Program-made: the position numbers and the translations under genes
In this document: in pieces, positions 1-12,760 of the stretch
Layout of the letters: each line of letters opens with the position of its first letter
How positions within the stretch are numbered: position 1 is the stretch's first letter
Assembly (NCBI RefSeq): GCF_006345805.1
Contig: NC_043006.1
Coordinates: 26,970,001-27,034,000 of the forward strand
Direction: 5' to 3'
Origin: Octopus sinensis
Lineage: Eukaryota
Length of the DNA stretch: 64,000 nt
Notes under the pieces: model-generated
What the model saw: only the letters and a program-made list of their open reading frames with translations
What the model was told of the DNA's origin: nothing
Databases searched by the model: none

Positions 1-1353
1 GGTAAGTAGAAAAGTCCTCTTCATCCTGCTCCAAAAAATCGGATGTCCACCAAAGCAGCTGAGGATCATCAAATCTTTCCATGATGATATTCAAGGCACC
101 ATATAACACAATGGTTCAACATCAGCCGCCTTCCAAATAAAAAACAGGTTAAAGCAAGATTGTGTCCTTGCTCCTACATTATTTGGCATCTTCTCGCTGC
201 TGCTGTCACATGCCTTTGAGACATCAGATGATGGAGTGTTTCTGCACAGTAGAAGTGACGGGAAACTGTTCAATCTCTCGCATCTGCGTGGCAAGACCAA
301 AATTAGAAGCGTCCTGATCAAGGAGATGCTATTTGCTGATGATGATGCTCTGGTATCACATACAGAAGAAGCCCTACAAAGGCTCATCAACTGTTTTGAG
401 CAAGCTTGTAGCGACTTTGGCTTAGTTATCAGCCTCAAGAAGACCAACATCATGGGTCAGGCTACATCAGACATCCCAAACATACATATTGGAGATCACA
501 GACTATAGGAGGTGGAGAAGTTTACCTATCTTGGCTCTACCGTCACCTACAACCTATCCCTTGATGCTGAGCTCAATATACGCATTGGCAAGGCAGCTGC
601 TGTGATGGTCCAACTCTCCAAACAGGCATGGGACAACAATAAGCTGACCAAGACCACAAAAATGAAGATTTACCAGGCATGTGTATTTAGCACTCTACTG
701 TATGAAAGTGAGACTTGGACGCCATACACACACCAAGAGCGTCGCCTAAATATCTTTCACCTGCGCTGCCTCCGGAAAATCCATCGCATCAAATGGCAGA
801 ATCATGCCCCAACAAAGATGTCTTCAAGCAAGCTGGAATACCAAGCATGTTTGCACTCCTCACACAAAGACGTATGAGATGGCTTGGACATGATAGCCGT
901 ATAGCAAATGGCAGAATCCCCAAGGACATACTTTACAGAGAGCTTGCTAAGGGCACTAGGTCTGTGGGAAAACCGTCCTTACGATACAAGGATGTTTGCA
1001 AAAGGGGCATGAATGCCTGCAACATCAATATTATCAACTGGGAAGCAGTTGCCAGCAACCATGGACATTGGCGATGTACCATAAATGAGGGAACACAAAG
1101 GAGTGATATATATATATATATAGAGAGAGAGAGAGGAGAAATGGAAAGACAAGACGTCAACAAGAAACTATGACATTACAACCAGCCAGGCAAAGTCTTC
1201 GCTACATTTACGGCACCTGCCAGAGGGAGTGTTTGTCCAGGATAGGACTACACAGCCACAGTAGATGTATTAAGACATGAAATGTAAAAGCCTGACTAGA
1301 TTATTTTATGCGCAACTCCATTGTCTCCCGAGACAAAAAGGATGCCAACAACA
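1..1353 (+). mobile_element. RTE-clade (BovB-like) LINE, RT/C-terminal part, disrupted; runs off the window start
   Basis: ORF pieces 236-508 (LFADDDAL), 512-877 (FTYLGS...LLYESETW), 715-1173 (RRMRWLGH...GKPSLRYKD) in different frames; (TA)n(GA)n tract inside the C-terminal coding region; ends in a short CAA-type tail at about 1346-1353. Confidence 0.9.
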
Positions 1354-1394
1354 ATATATATGGATTTCATAGACAGGAACTGAAACAAATCAAT

Positions 1395-1432
<38 letters not shown>

Positions 1433-1647
1433 AGTGTATGTGTGTGTGTTTCGCCCTCATCACTGCTTCACAACTGCTGTTCATTTATTTACATCCACAT
1501 AACTTACTGGTTTCACAAGAACAAACTAACAGAATAAGTACCAGGCTTCTCAACATAAAAAAAGCACTAGGCTGTGTCTCATATTTTTGTTTGCCCACTC
1601 AGATGTATCTGTCAATTTATCCTTGTATGTGTGTGTGTATATATATA

Positions 1648-1687
<40 letters not shown>

Positions 1688-2699
1688 CACCCTAATGGGA
1701 GCCTTAACTCCCAAATTTTAGTCATTTCTTTTCTGATCCAAAACTAGGTCAAAAGTACTGAATGGATCTTTATGAAATTTGGAAATTATATTCTATGCAT
1801 AAGGGCCATAACCCCCATGACAATTCATATGATTTTGCTGTTGATGAAATCTTAACCATAGATATTAGACGCAAATGAAGTAATATTTGTCAAATTTCAT
1901 CTTCTTACAAAATAGAAAGACTTCCATGGGGACTTAACACCCACAATTTTGTCATTTTATCTAAGCAAAAACGAATACAGTTGTGCTCTTGGAAGCTGTA
2001 GGGTTACCCGACCATAAAAGTTGAGCATTATTTCTAATTCAATGGTACAACACTGCAATGTGGTGCATAAATTGTCAAGTAAATGAGAGGCATCTTTGCC
2101 TCCACTGATTCAGTTGCAAAGTGTTGAGTAAAGTTATTTGATTGCAGACTTCCTTTCAGTCTTTTTATTATCACTCGGTCACACAGTCCCCAGGTGGTAA
2201 CATTGATTTCAAGGCCTTCTCAGATGAGTGACTGGTTATTCAAAGACATTTATAGATTGTAAATTTATTCTGTCCAGTTACGTATCAGTATAGTGGTCAT
2301 TTGCAAACTCCAACTTTCATTTCTCCTTAGCCCTCACGTCACACAGTTGTTAATGTTTATTTCAGTTGAGTCACGCCCTTCCAATTGCTATAGATTTGTA
2401 ATGCATCTTACAGCTGTGCCTGTCACCTGGATGGTGAAGAATCCTACATTGGGAGTGGTAACGACTAGGGTAAGGTAACTGACTGCTTATTGTGGTCATT
2501 CGTCTTTTGGTTTCCTGTAGCTTTGCACTCTTTTACAAACCCAGTGAACATATATTTCCTATTTCAAAGAAATTCAAACAATAGATTTAAGACCCAAGTT
2601 AAAAAGATTCTCAACAATTCAACTCTCTGGTTGACATTAAGATGCCCACCCCCAACAGGGGCCTTAACTATCACATTTTAGAGCTCCATGACCTTCATT

Positions 2700-2943
2700 T
2701 TTCAGGAGCAAAATCTTTTTAACAGATTCAATAAGACTGGAATTTTGGAATATGCGCAAAAAAATCAGTAGTATGGGATACATGTGGCACGATTACAATT
2801 TTTTGTGGGGTGTGTAAATAACCCTCATCTGCAATTTTGATGAAATTCGAAACATACATATTCCAGTTCATTAGAGAACATATAAGAGAAAGTCTAATTC
2901 TTCAACTGTATGTAACACGAGCAACGCCGGGTATCTCTGCTAG
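2700..2943 (+). mobile_element. Non-autonomous Helitron-like 3' end (5' boundary uncertain)
   Basis: ACGAGCAACGCCGGG hairpin motif followed by CTAG at 2940-2943 and a T, the same terminal motif as the element at 19230-19619. Confidence 0.55.
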
Positions 2944-2952
2944 TATACATAC

Positions 2953-2983
<31 letters not shown>

Positions 2984-2985
2984 CA

Positions 2986-3357
2986 CTAGCAGTATTGCCC
3001 GGCGTTGCTCAGGTTTGTTTCGAATTTTTGAAACATAAAAATTTTGCATTATGTAGCTTGTTATTCTCTTTAAGTGAACAATTTTCTGGTTGAAATACAC
3101 CGAAAAATTGCGACACAGCAGTAAAAAAATCGTAATAAATAGGGATTTTCATAGAAAAAAAAAGCACCTTTTTGATGTAAATAATTTTTGGTGTTAACAT
3201 GGTCTAATTTGAATTTTTTCTTCTATGGAAGGAAGAGCAAGCCTTCTATCATACTCTCAATTTTGGTCAACTTGCGCTGCAGGGTCTCAGAGGAGATAGT
3301 GTTAGTTGAAGGCTACCAAACCTGCCATACACAGACAACTTCAGCTTTATATATAGA
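2986..3357 (-). mobile_element. Non-autonomous Helitron-like element
   Basis: On the - strand: 5' TCTATATATAAAGCTG, 3' CTGAGCAACGCCGGG...CTAG; closely similar to the inverted copy at 19230-19619. Confidence 0.8.
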
Positions 3358-3914
3358 GAGATATATATCTAATAGCATGTGCAAGACTTTCTTTTGTACT
3401 CCACAAACTCCCACTTTTATGTATTTTTTTTTTTTTTCGATACAAACCTCCGTTTTCGGTAAAGGAGAATACGAATCTGCTAAACGGGGTGGGGGAGAGG
3501 ACTCGGAAAATTCACATCTTCAGTCCATGGCCTTTAAACTATAGTGTTTGATACGGGCCGGAAAAAAGGAAAAAAAAAAGGTGTAAATGGTGTAAAACTT
3601 CTTGTTCTACACGATTCTCAAGCACAGAAACACACACAAAGAGAAATGGTTGGTTCAAGGCAAGTGTGCATTGAACTGAATTTAAATAAGCAAGAAAGAT
3701 ATTATCAAAGAAAAGGCCATAGCACCATCTTTAGTATCTGCTGCTGCTGTTATTATTATTATTATTATGGAGTTGAATGTGTGTGTGTGTGGTGAATTTA
3801 TCAATATCAATACATTAACCAACACCATTGAAGTGAAATAATAGTTTCTATACTTTTGGTTTGGCACTGCTGAATTGAGTTAAAGACTATATAATACAAG
3901 TCAGCAGAAAAAAA

Positions 3915-4154
3915 AAGAAAAATGCGGGCGATCTTTCGTCTCTAGTAGACCTTTCCGTCGATTTCCGTAAAAAAAATTTTTTTTTACATATGGGCTTGCG
4001 GGAACTTTTGAAGTAATATACATACATATACACATACACCGAGTAAAAAATTTCAGTTATCTCTCTCTTTCACACATTACTCTCTCTGTCTCTTCACACA
4101 CACTAACAGAAGCACTTCACTTACACAACATACTGTCTGTCTCCCACACCCCAT

Positions 4155-4192
<38 letters not shown>

Positions 4193-4350
4193 CATCAATG
4201 CTTCCCATGCACGGTAACTTCAAAAGAACTTCCCTCGTCATACAATCGCTTTCTCTCTCATTACTTCAAATATTCCCGCAAAGCCATATGTAAAAAAATA
4301 AAAGTTTTTTACGGAAATCGACGGAAACGTGTGCTACGACAAACGAAACT
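3915..4350. mobile_element. MITE/foldback element with long imperfect TIRs and an internal (CA)n tract
   Basis: TTTCCGTCGATTTCCGTAAAA...TTTTGAAGTAAT (about 3950-4017) is mirrored by ATTACTTCAAA...TTTACGGAAATCGACGGAAA (about 4260-4328); weaker symmetry extends about 35 bp further out; related sub-blocks at 3478-3615, 4408-4515 and 13690-13715. Confidence 0.7.
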
Positions 4351-4623
4351 TCGCCCTATTTTTTTTGTTTATTTTTGTGCCCGGGTCAGACACTTTCGAA
4401 AATTCACGATATGAATTTTCCGAGGCCTCACCCCCACCCCTTTCGCGAGCGCGCATTTTTTTTTCATATTCGTTTAGAGGAAGTTGTTTTACACCTATTA
4501 CACTATTTTTTTTTTTCGTTTGTTTTTTGTTTTTATGACCGGGTTAAACGCGTTAGTTTAACCGAATCAAGTACTCTGATCTCCTTACCCTAATATGCTG
4601 CAAATCCTTTATTTTGGTTCGGA

Positions 4624-4722
4624 AATTTCCCCAAGACACCTAATGAAGATGGAGGGTATATCAGCCGAAACGTTGTGTTAATAAAGAAGATGAGGACAAA
4701 TATCCGTCAATTGTAAATAATG
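4624..4722 (+). mobile_element. Penelope-like pLTR fragment with a mutated hammerhead motif
   Basis: ATTTCCCCAAGACAC-CTAATGA-AGATGG...CAGCC-GAAAC-GTT-GTGTT; homologous to 62950-63041 and 62422-62520. Confidence 0.75.
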
Positions 4723-5309
4723 GAGATAACTGTCATTGGCTCCCAACGAATATTTTGTAGACTTGCGAATGTTTCAGTTAGCGTTGCCTACAGATATATG
4801 TAGATAGACAAATAGATATGCAAAGAGAAGGGCAGGTAGAAAGCCAGACACATAAGCAGATATAAAGATATGTAATGGACAAATACATAAAAAGACAGAC
4901 AGACATACAAGCAGATATATAGAGGTATGTAACAAATACATAAAAAGACACAGACAAGACTGCTGGACTGATCCAGACGGATAGGTAAATATGGAACTCG
5001 ATACATCATTAAAGACGACCGCTAAATCAAAACGATGTAGGAAAACGAAACACAATAATGGCGAGAATTATATTTGATTTCCGTACAAGCATTTCATAAC
5101 TTTCTCCTGATCATTGCATGACTTAACGTTGCCAAATAAAGGGAATGAGTCATCTTGCAGGATATCATGCACAATACTTTCGCTCCGAGTTATAAGATAG
5201 CTTATTTTTTTTTATATATGCCTTACTAATATTATGAAGAAACAAAGTCAGAAAGCACTAAACAGTAGAGAAACAAATAACTTTTCTGAAAGTTAAGCAT
5301 ATCTCTCAC

Positions 5310-5360
5310 CTTTTTCGATGTAAGTGGCTCTTTCCTAAGCACGTCTTTATCAGCATCCAT
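5310..5360 (-). CDS. Probable first coding exon of an unidentified gene (MDADKDVLRKEPLTSKK)
   Basis: ATG in an AAGATGG (YY1-like) context, 17 open codons, strong donor AAG|GTGAGA at 5309; CCAAT and ETS-like motifs just upstream; locally CpG-rich; no downstream exon identified in the window. Confidence 0.5.
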
Positions 5361-6230
5361 CTTCGACTCGAATTTTAAATTTCGGTGCTTGTTTTTGATT
5401 GGCTAATTGTATTAACCATAACTTCCGTCTATTTATAGTTTCGGGTTATAGAAATTGCGTTTTATAATTTTTATATGTAATTGTCTTACATCGAATCAAT
5501 GTAATTATAACTGCTAATATAGCTAATAAATTTCAGAAAATACAAAATTTTCGATTACAAAAACTTATTGCGCATCTTTGTAAAGTCGCCTAGATTTGTC
5601 TTATGGGAAATAAATCGGCATACGTTTAGAAATACGGATGTCGAAAAGACAATAAATTTTAGCACAATCTTCCAAAGCTACAACTCACTTATATAGGATG
5701 CACCTTACAAAAATACTTTCTCCAGTAGTAACCTGGTAAAATCGCTGTCAGGATTTGTCTCCCGATGTGTTGCACTTTGATAGATTTCTTTTCAAACCTA
5801 TTGTCTGGCATCGTAACTCCCTCTCACACTGAGCCATCATGCTAGTCTAAATGGGTGATTTATGGCCATCCATAAGAATCAGCCGCTCAGATTGTTACGG
5901 TTCTTTTAGTACGTCTTCCGAGCTGTTTTCCTAGGAAACGCTTTCATTTTGTCTAAGGTTCAATGATAATAGTGAATAAAATACAAAAAGTAACATTTAT
6001 GCAATAAAAAATAAATCTAATCAATGCTTTGACAAGTCGAATGAACGATGAAGCTTATATGCGGTCACTCTAGCTACTAGAAGTAACAACCAAATCTCCT
6101 TCAAATTACACCCTGCAATCATCAAAATTAATGAAGTTTCGTTTTATGATATCAAAAGTGAAGCCTCCGAAGACGACAGAAATCGTCGTTTGCCGGAAAC
6201 TTGGCAGTGAAACGAAAGTGAAAAGTATGT
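5361..6230. promoter_or_regulatory. Candidate CpG-rich, possibly bidirectional promoter region
   Basis: ATTGG (CCAAT) 5398-5402, ACTTCCG 5421-5427, CCGGAA 6193-6198 followed by a + strand donor-like AAA|GTATGT at 6225. Confidence 0.4.
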
Positions 6231-7479
6231 TTTTAAAATGAAATAAAAGTGATACAAGCCTGATGTAGCAAAATGGTAATTGCAGAAATAGATTTTTTTT
6301 TTTTGTAAAATACTTTCGATTTAATTCATGGGTTTTTCATAAAACAGGGAGAATCCATACAATAACATATCCATTCTTAATACATTTTGGGTAAGTCAAC
6401 AATGTAATCATTTTGCAGTGTAAAAAGTAACCAATTTAGTGTGAGTGGTCACTAATTTAAAGTATGAAAATGTTTGTGGAAAAGTCCAGTAAAAGCGCTT
6501 TAGAGAAGCATGTGTAAATGAATATCAGAAGGTAGATTTTAAGCAAAACATTGTAATTTTATTAATATAGCAATGAGAGCTGACATGTGTAGGAGTCGGA
6601 GAAAAGTGTTAAAACTTACAGTTGAAGAATGGATTCAGTTGAAAGCTGTTAAAGGCTAGTAGAGATGGTAAATAAACCACTCATGATATAGGTAGCGTTG
6701 TGTTGATACAGACTAACTGAAAAGGTGCTTGCAAGGCAAAGTTAACAAAAACAAAATAGGATGTCCATGATGTGGTCAGCGTTGAGAGAATTGATTCAGA
6801 AGTTTGTGGCACTAAGTTGGTGAGAAATACAAAAGGGCTGGTCCCATCTTTTGGAGAACCGATGTTGTTCGTTTCATGTTCTTCCACTGACTATTAAAAA
6901 GTGTGCGCTTACCTATAGGGCAAATAACTGCTTTTGGTATTAATATGCACCCATCTCTGATTGGCTGGAGTATGCCATAGCACAACCATGCTATGCTGCA
7001 ACAACTAATATAGCTTTCCTGACTCCTACACTTTCTTGAAAATTCGAATGTTAACATCAGATCATTGCTCTTTACAACCAAAAATATCTCCCTTTAGGCA
7101 TTGTGTGTTGATAGCATGTGATTCATGAGTTCATCAGTGCAAAAGGTCTTCGAACCACTGTGGTGTTTGGGCTTCATTGTATGTCTCCTCAAGCAAAGCT
7201 ACCTCACAAGAACAATGAATCTCATAAGAGCATGAGCTCTTGTTTAAAGGAATCAGGGAACAAATTATTTGCTGATGCATGCAAACATTTATCAAACAGA
7301 TAATAATTCATGGAGCTAGGCGCATGTGCCTCTGAAGTTTATTGGTCTAATGGAGTAGCTTTGGCTGAGGAGACACAAACAAGATTGAAATACCAGTGTT
7401 TCTAAGTTCCCTTACATAGGTGAATTGTAAGTGTTATGAAAAAACATTGCCTAAAGCGACCAAATATTCATGTTTGAGT

Positions 7480-9580
7480 CTGACAAGATGTATTAAGAAT
7501 GAATGGATGCACTATTGTTTAAATACTCCAACTAACCAGGGCAGGTAACATACTGGATCTCTGCTTCACAAATAATATGGATCTCATCCATAATGTGAAA
7601 GTGACACCGACACTACTCTTGGATCACAACATGGTAGAGCTGACCATGTACAGGCCAAAGGAAAGCATGGACATGCAGCCTACAAGAAACTCTCAGAATT
7701 TTTCCTGCTTGAACTTCCTTAAGGCAAACTGGAAACAAATTGAGAAAGAGATCCTCAAACAAAACTGGCCTGAATGTCTCTCCTCGCCAGATATCGACAT
7801 GAAACTTCAACAATTCATGTCTGTAATGCAAGCCATATGCTACAAATGTGTCCCAGAGAGAAAGGCCACAGTACACAAGAGCAAAATCCCCAGAGAGAGG
7901 AAAATTCTAATGAGACGGCGTACAAAAGTTTCAAATCGCCTAAACAAACAAATTGAAAGCAGTGAAAAGTCCCGCCTGAAAATAAAACTGTTGGAAATTG
8001 AAAAATGTCTGCAACTCTCCCATGAAAAGAAAGAGCAGACAAAGAAGCCTGGGCTATAGACAACATAAAATCTAACCCCAGAGCTTTCTACGGGTATGCC
8101 AAAGAAACAGCTATCTCTCTGACCTCACACATCAGCAATGTCATGGAACGAATAGTCAGAAGGAAACTAATCACCTTCCTTGAAAAAAATTACTTGCTGC
8201 CTGACACCCAACATGGTTTCTGACCAGGAAGAAGCTGCTTAACTCAGCTCCTACAACACTATGACTGGGTGCTGAAACGACTGCTCAACCACTCAAATGT
8301 GGAAGTCATATATCTCCACTTTGCAAAGGCGTTTTATAAAGTCGATCATGGAATGGTATGTCATAAACTGCGTGATCTTGGCATAGTTGGAAAATTGGGA
8401 GAATGGCTTCATGACTTTCTGAAGGATAGAAGTTAGGTGGTAGAAGCCAATGGGGCCACTTCCATTAACATGCAAATAGTGAGCGGTGTTCCGCAAGGCA
8501 CTGTTTTGGGACCACTACTGTTCATAATGGCCCTCTCAGACATGCCCTCAGCCATGCAGAGAGCCACGATCACAAGTTATGCAGATGATACAAAAGTTTC
8601 ACACGCAATACAGAACCCTGAAGACACTAAGCACCTGCAATGTGAGCTGGACAAAATATACAAGTGGGCTGAAAAGAATAGCATGCAGTTCAATGCTGAA
8701 AAGTTTCAAGCTATATGCTATCAGCATGCAAAACTAAATGCAATACCCAATAAATACACTGGACCTGGAGGGATTGCAATCCCAGAAGCACAATCAGTGC
8801 GGGACCTGGGTATTTACATGAGTGATGATGCAACCTTTCATGTGCATGTTGCTAAATTAGCAATGAAATGTAGGCGGCTGACTGGATGGATTCTTAGAAC
8901 CTTTAGAACAAGAGACCAGGAAACCATGATGGTCCTCTGGAGGACACTTGTCCTAAGCCACTTTGACTATTGCTCTCAGCTATGGTCACCATCCAGTGTC
9001 AAGTTAATCACAGAACTTGAGGCGATCCAATGAAGCTACACAAAGAAGATAGCCTCTGTGCAGCATATAAGCTATTGGGAAAGACTCAAGAGATTGAGAC
9101 TCTATTCCTTAGAGCGTAGGTGAGAAAGATATGCCATAATATACATTTGGAAGATCCTAGAAGGGCTTGTCCCAAACTTTGGCATCAAGAGTTACACAAA
9201 TGCCAGAACTGGGCGCCACTGCATAGTGCCAAGGACTCCAAATTTGCCATCAAGATGTAGGACAAGATACTGTGATAGCCTGGGCTTCCGAGGCCCACAG
9301 CTCTTTAATATCCTCCCGAAGAACCTAAGAGACCTGCATGGGGTGGATGCAGATGTCTTTAAAATAAAACTGGATCACTTCTTGTCAGGTATCCCAGATG
9401 AACCAACTTCACAGCAGGAGGTGCAGATGAGGGTAGCTGCATCGAACTCTCTTATGCACCAAATGGCAATTGCTAAAAAGCATTCGTGAAGTAAAATCAT
9501 GTAGCAACACCAAATGGCGGTGCCCCAGCATGGCCACAGCTTGTGAGCTGAAACTAGATAAAAAAAAAAAAAAAAAAAAA
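7480..9580 (+). mobile_element. CR1/L2-type (Jockey-group) LINE, 5'-truncated, internally deleted, poly(A)-tailed
   Basis: LDHNMV endonuclease end (7577-8059), QHGF..GRSCLTQL, FAKAFYKVDH, VPQGTVLGPLLF and SYADDTK (8437-9033), LFNILP (9226-9489); stops and frameshifts; A21 tail at 9560-9580. Confidence 0.9.
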
Positions 9581-9939
9581 CTGTTCTGCAAGCACCCCAT
9601 GATTTATTATCTGTCTGGCAGACATCTGCAGAGTATGAGATGTTTTGGCACAGCCATGTTAGGCCTATATTGTCTAATACTTTGATAGTATCTCCAAACT
9701 CTACCATCTAAACATGTGATATGATTCGCAAATGCATTGGTTCATTACAGGATACTGATGAAGTATGAATTGATTTTAACAATGCAAGAAAGTTAACTAC
9801 ACTTTCAATATTCATCATATTAATACAAATAAGACACAGTTTCTTTCGGTCAGCTCATCAATGTTAATGATGTTACAATTTTCATGGATGTTCATTGAGT
9901 AAGGCATTTTATTTTTATTTTATTATTTTATGCTGATCT

Positions 9940-10150
9940 AAAGGCAGCAAACTGGCAGAATCATTAGCATGCTGGATCAAAATGCTTAGCGACATTTCAT
10001 CTGTCTCTATGTTCTGAGCTCAAATACCACTAAGGTTGACTTTGTCCTTCATCCTTTGGTGGGGTAGGGGTGTCGATGAAATAAGTACCAGTTGAGTACT
10101 GGGGTCAGTGTAATCAACTATCCGAACAATGCTGGCCTCGTGCCTATTGT
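9940..10150 (+). mobile_element. tRNA-derived SINE with a Deu/Nin-like central domain
   Basis: GGCAGAATCATTAGC head, GTTCTGAGCTCAAAT B-box-like motif, TTCATCCTTTGG...GTCGATGAAATAAGTACC core. Confidence 0.7.
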
Positions 10151-10249
10151 AAAGGTGATTATTTTATGCTGACCTCAACTAACTTCAGTCATTTCACTTT
10201 CTGGGTCTTAATATGAAATATTGCATGAATATTAATGAAATCGTTTTTT

Positions 10250-10390
10250 ATTGTATCTTTTACTTGTTTCAGTCATTGGACTGTGACCATGGTAGGGCAT
10301 CACCTTGAAGGTTTCAGGTGAACAACCTTAGTACTTATTCTTTTAAAGCCTGGTACTTATCCTATTAATTCCGTCTGCTGAACTGCTAAG
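10250..10390 (-). mobile_element. 3' fragment of the second octopus-type SINE family
   Basis: Reverse complement of the GCATGGCCGCAGTCAAATGACTGAAACAAGTAAAAG tail seen in full at 45243-45607. Confidence 0.65.
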
Positions 10391-10784
10391 TTTTTTTTAA
10401 TGATTTTTGTTGTTGTTTTTTATAAGAAAGTCCTAAGCAAGGCAAGAAACCACTTAGTGTAAGGGATTATGAAGGAGAAATTAAGACAAAAGGAATAAAT
10501 TTACTTTAGACTTGAAAGAGTTCAGATCATAAGGAGAAAAAACAATGAGATAGAAGAGAGTTCCAAAGTCCTGCAGTTCAAGGAAAAAAGTTACAACACT
10601 GGAAAGACTTCCTTATTTGTGGAAGCACAACAACATTTAGATGAAGATACTGTTGTGTTTTGAATCAAGCAAGATGGCACAAAGTGATCTAGAACTAAGA
10701 GAGAAAGTCCATCAGAGTACTCCTTGCAATGATAATGATACCCATCCTATTATTTGACAAACATAAATACACACAGACTTATCA

Positions 10785-11760
10785 TCATCATCATCCTTCA
10801 ACATTCATTTTGCATACTGGCATGGGTTGGATGGTTTCACCAGAGCTGGCAAGCCAGGGAGCTGCACTAGGTTCCAGTCTGATTTAGCTTGGTTTCTATG
10901 GCCGGATGCTCTTCTTAATGCCAACTACCTTACAGCATGTGCCAGGTGCTTTTAACGTGGCACTGGCATGAGAGCTTTTATGTGGCACTGGCACAAGTGA
11001 TTTTTATGTGACAGCAGCACAAGTCTCTTGCAGGCCAATCCCCTTCGCTAGAGGATGCAGCCTTAATACTTCTGCTGTGGAAAAGGAGTCTTCTTGAGTA
11101 CTGTAAAGTGCCTGATATCTCGGTCCTTTATCATCTTGTCTAAAAGGCTCAGCATTTTGAGGTTATTCTTCAGTAATTTGTCCCATGTCTTCCTTGGTCT
11201 CCCTCTTTCACAAGTTCTGTCCACTTTGAGTGAATAGCTCTTCTTTGTGGAGCTGTTGGCATCCATCTACATTACATGACCAAACCAGTGTAGCCTTCTT
11301 TCTTGTACATTGCACCTAATTCTTCTTATACCTAACTTCTCTCTCAATACACAAATATTTTGTCGCACATGTGCACTTACATTACACATCTAGCAGAGCA
11401 TACAAGCTTCGTTCCTCTCTAGCCTTTGCATGTTCTCTGCATTCAGAGCCCACATCTCACTACCAATGCTATTCATATGCATGCATCATACCACCTTACT
11501 TTCTTTTGGAGAGAGAAACCTTTGGTTGCCAACAGAGGTAAAAGCTCTCTGAATTTTCTCCAACCTATTCTTATTCTATCACACTCTCCATACAACATTC
11601 CCCACAACTAATTTAGTCCCCTAAGTAGCAGACATTATCCACTACCTCTAAAGATACTCTGGGTATTTCAGAAAAATTGATTTCTTAAGTGCGATTTTAT
11701 GGCTCCTATGCATCTTCCACATACGAACACTACTTTCTCTGATACCCTTCCTATTATTCT
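10785..11760 (-). mobile_element. Degenerate RTE LINE 3' portion with (GAT)n tail
   Basis: CERGRPRKTWD (ORF 11063-11266); 3'UTR with the GGATGCTCTTCTTAATGCCAAC motif; homologous to 41965-43050. Confidence 0.8.
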
Positions 11761-12540
11761 ACAGCACCTTTTGCTGTCTGTCTGTCTGATAGATAAAACT
11801 TACTCGGAAGAGGATGCGTGGTGTTCAATCATATTACAATATAAATAACATGTATATATATATGCATATATACATATGCATACGTACATACATACGTACG
11901 TACATACATACATACATACATACATACATACACACACACGCACACACACACATACATACATACGCATATGTGGGCACAGGACGTCACGAAACGTGTACAA
12001 CAAAAAAAGTTTTACTTTTTGGGGGATCCAAAAAGACAGAAAAAATGATTTTCATGAAAATCAGCCAGAGCAAGTAATAAGAATATGAAAATAATAGTTC
12101 GCCGACAAATTGTATGTTTAATCAGCTCAAAAGAAAATGTGTTATTATGTCATTAGATTTGTCGTAAAAAAAAAAATCCTCAGACCCTCTGGACGGTGAA
12201 GAGAAGAGACTCAACCTCCTATAAATAATCAACCCACACGCTACAGTTCTTCAGACCTTGCATGATGTTCCCCTTGGTGTCGGTGTCACCTCTGAAAATT
12301 ATGGTAAACCTACTCAAAAGTATCTATCACTCTTTTTGTTTTCAAAACTACGAATAATGAAATTTCAGAGTGGATAGTTTTATAGGAGGAACTTATACAC
12401 CGCTTTTTATCAACAAGGCCAGCATGTTAGCATCACAGCCAAATATTTCGTCTCCGAGAAGAATTGTCCGTGTAAGAGCATTTTTTTAGAAATTCATTTT
12501 TCAAAATTGTTATTGTGGAATTTTAACAGGCGGAGGGGCG

Positions 12541-12760
12541 AACCTTCGGTATAGGTACACACGTGACTTTGTTTACATTTCTGAGGATAAGAGAAACCCT
12601 TTTCTCCCACCCCTAACCCTAACTCTAACACAAACCCTAATCCTAACCCTCCCATATATAAAAAAAAACAACACTTTCTTGAAATGTATCCGGTACTCAT
12701 ACCGAAGTTACGCCGGCGGAGGTAAAGGATACGCACACCACCCGTTTTCGGCGTAACCTT
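12541..12760. mobile_element. Possible Helentron/DINE-like non-autonomous element (subTIRs, CCTAAC-rich core, terminal hairpin)
   Basis: AACCTTCGGTATAGGTAC (12541-12558) is inverted to GTACTCATACCGAAGTT (12693-12709); 9-bp arms GTTACGCCG/CGGCGTAAC (12707-12715/12749-12757); degenerate (CCTAAC)n at 12611-12650. Confidence 0.4.

Noticed and set aside
6680-7480. Coding-looking stretch with several 60-90 aa ORFs (similar stretches at 1900-2700 and 46000-46500)
   Set aside because: No recognisable motif and no phase-consistent exon chain; probably ancient transposon decay.
11800-12088. ORFs rich in H/T/Y/I or V/C/M (also at 1296-1695, 4774-5055 and 54431-54682)
   Set aside because: They are translations of (TACA)n, (TA)n and (CA)n microsatellites.
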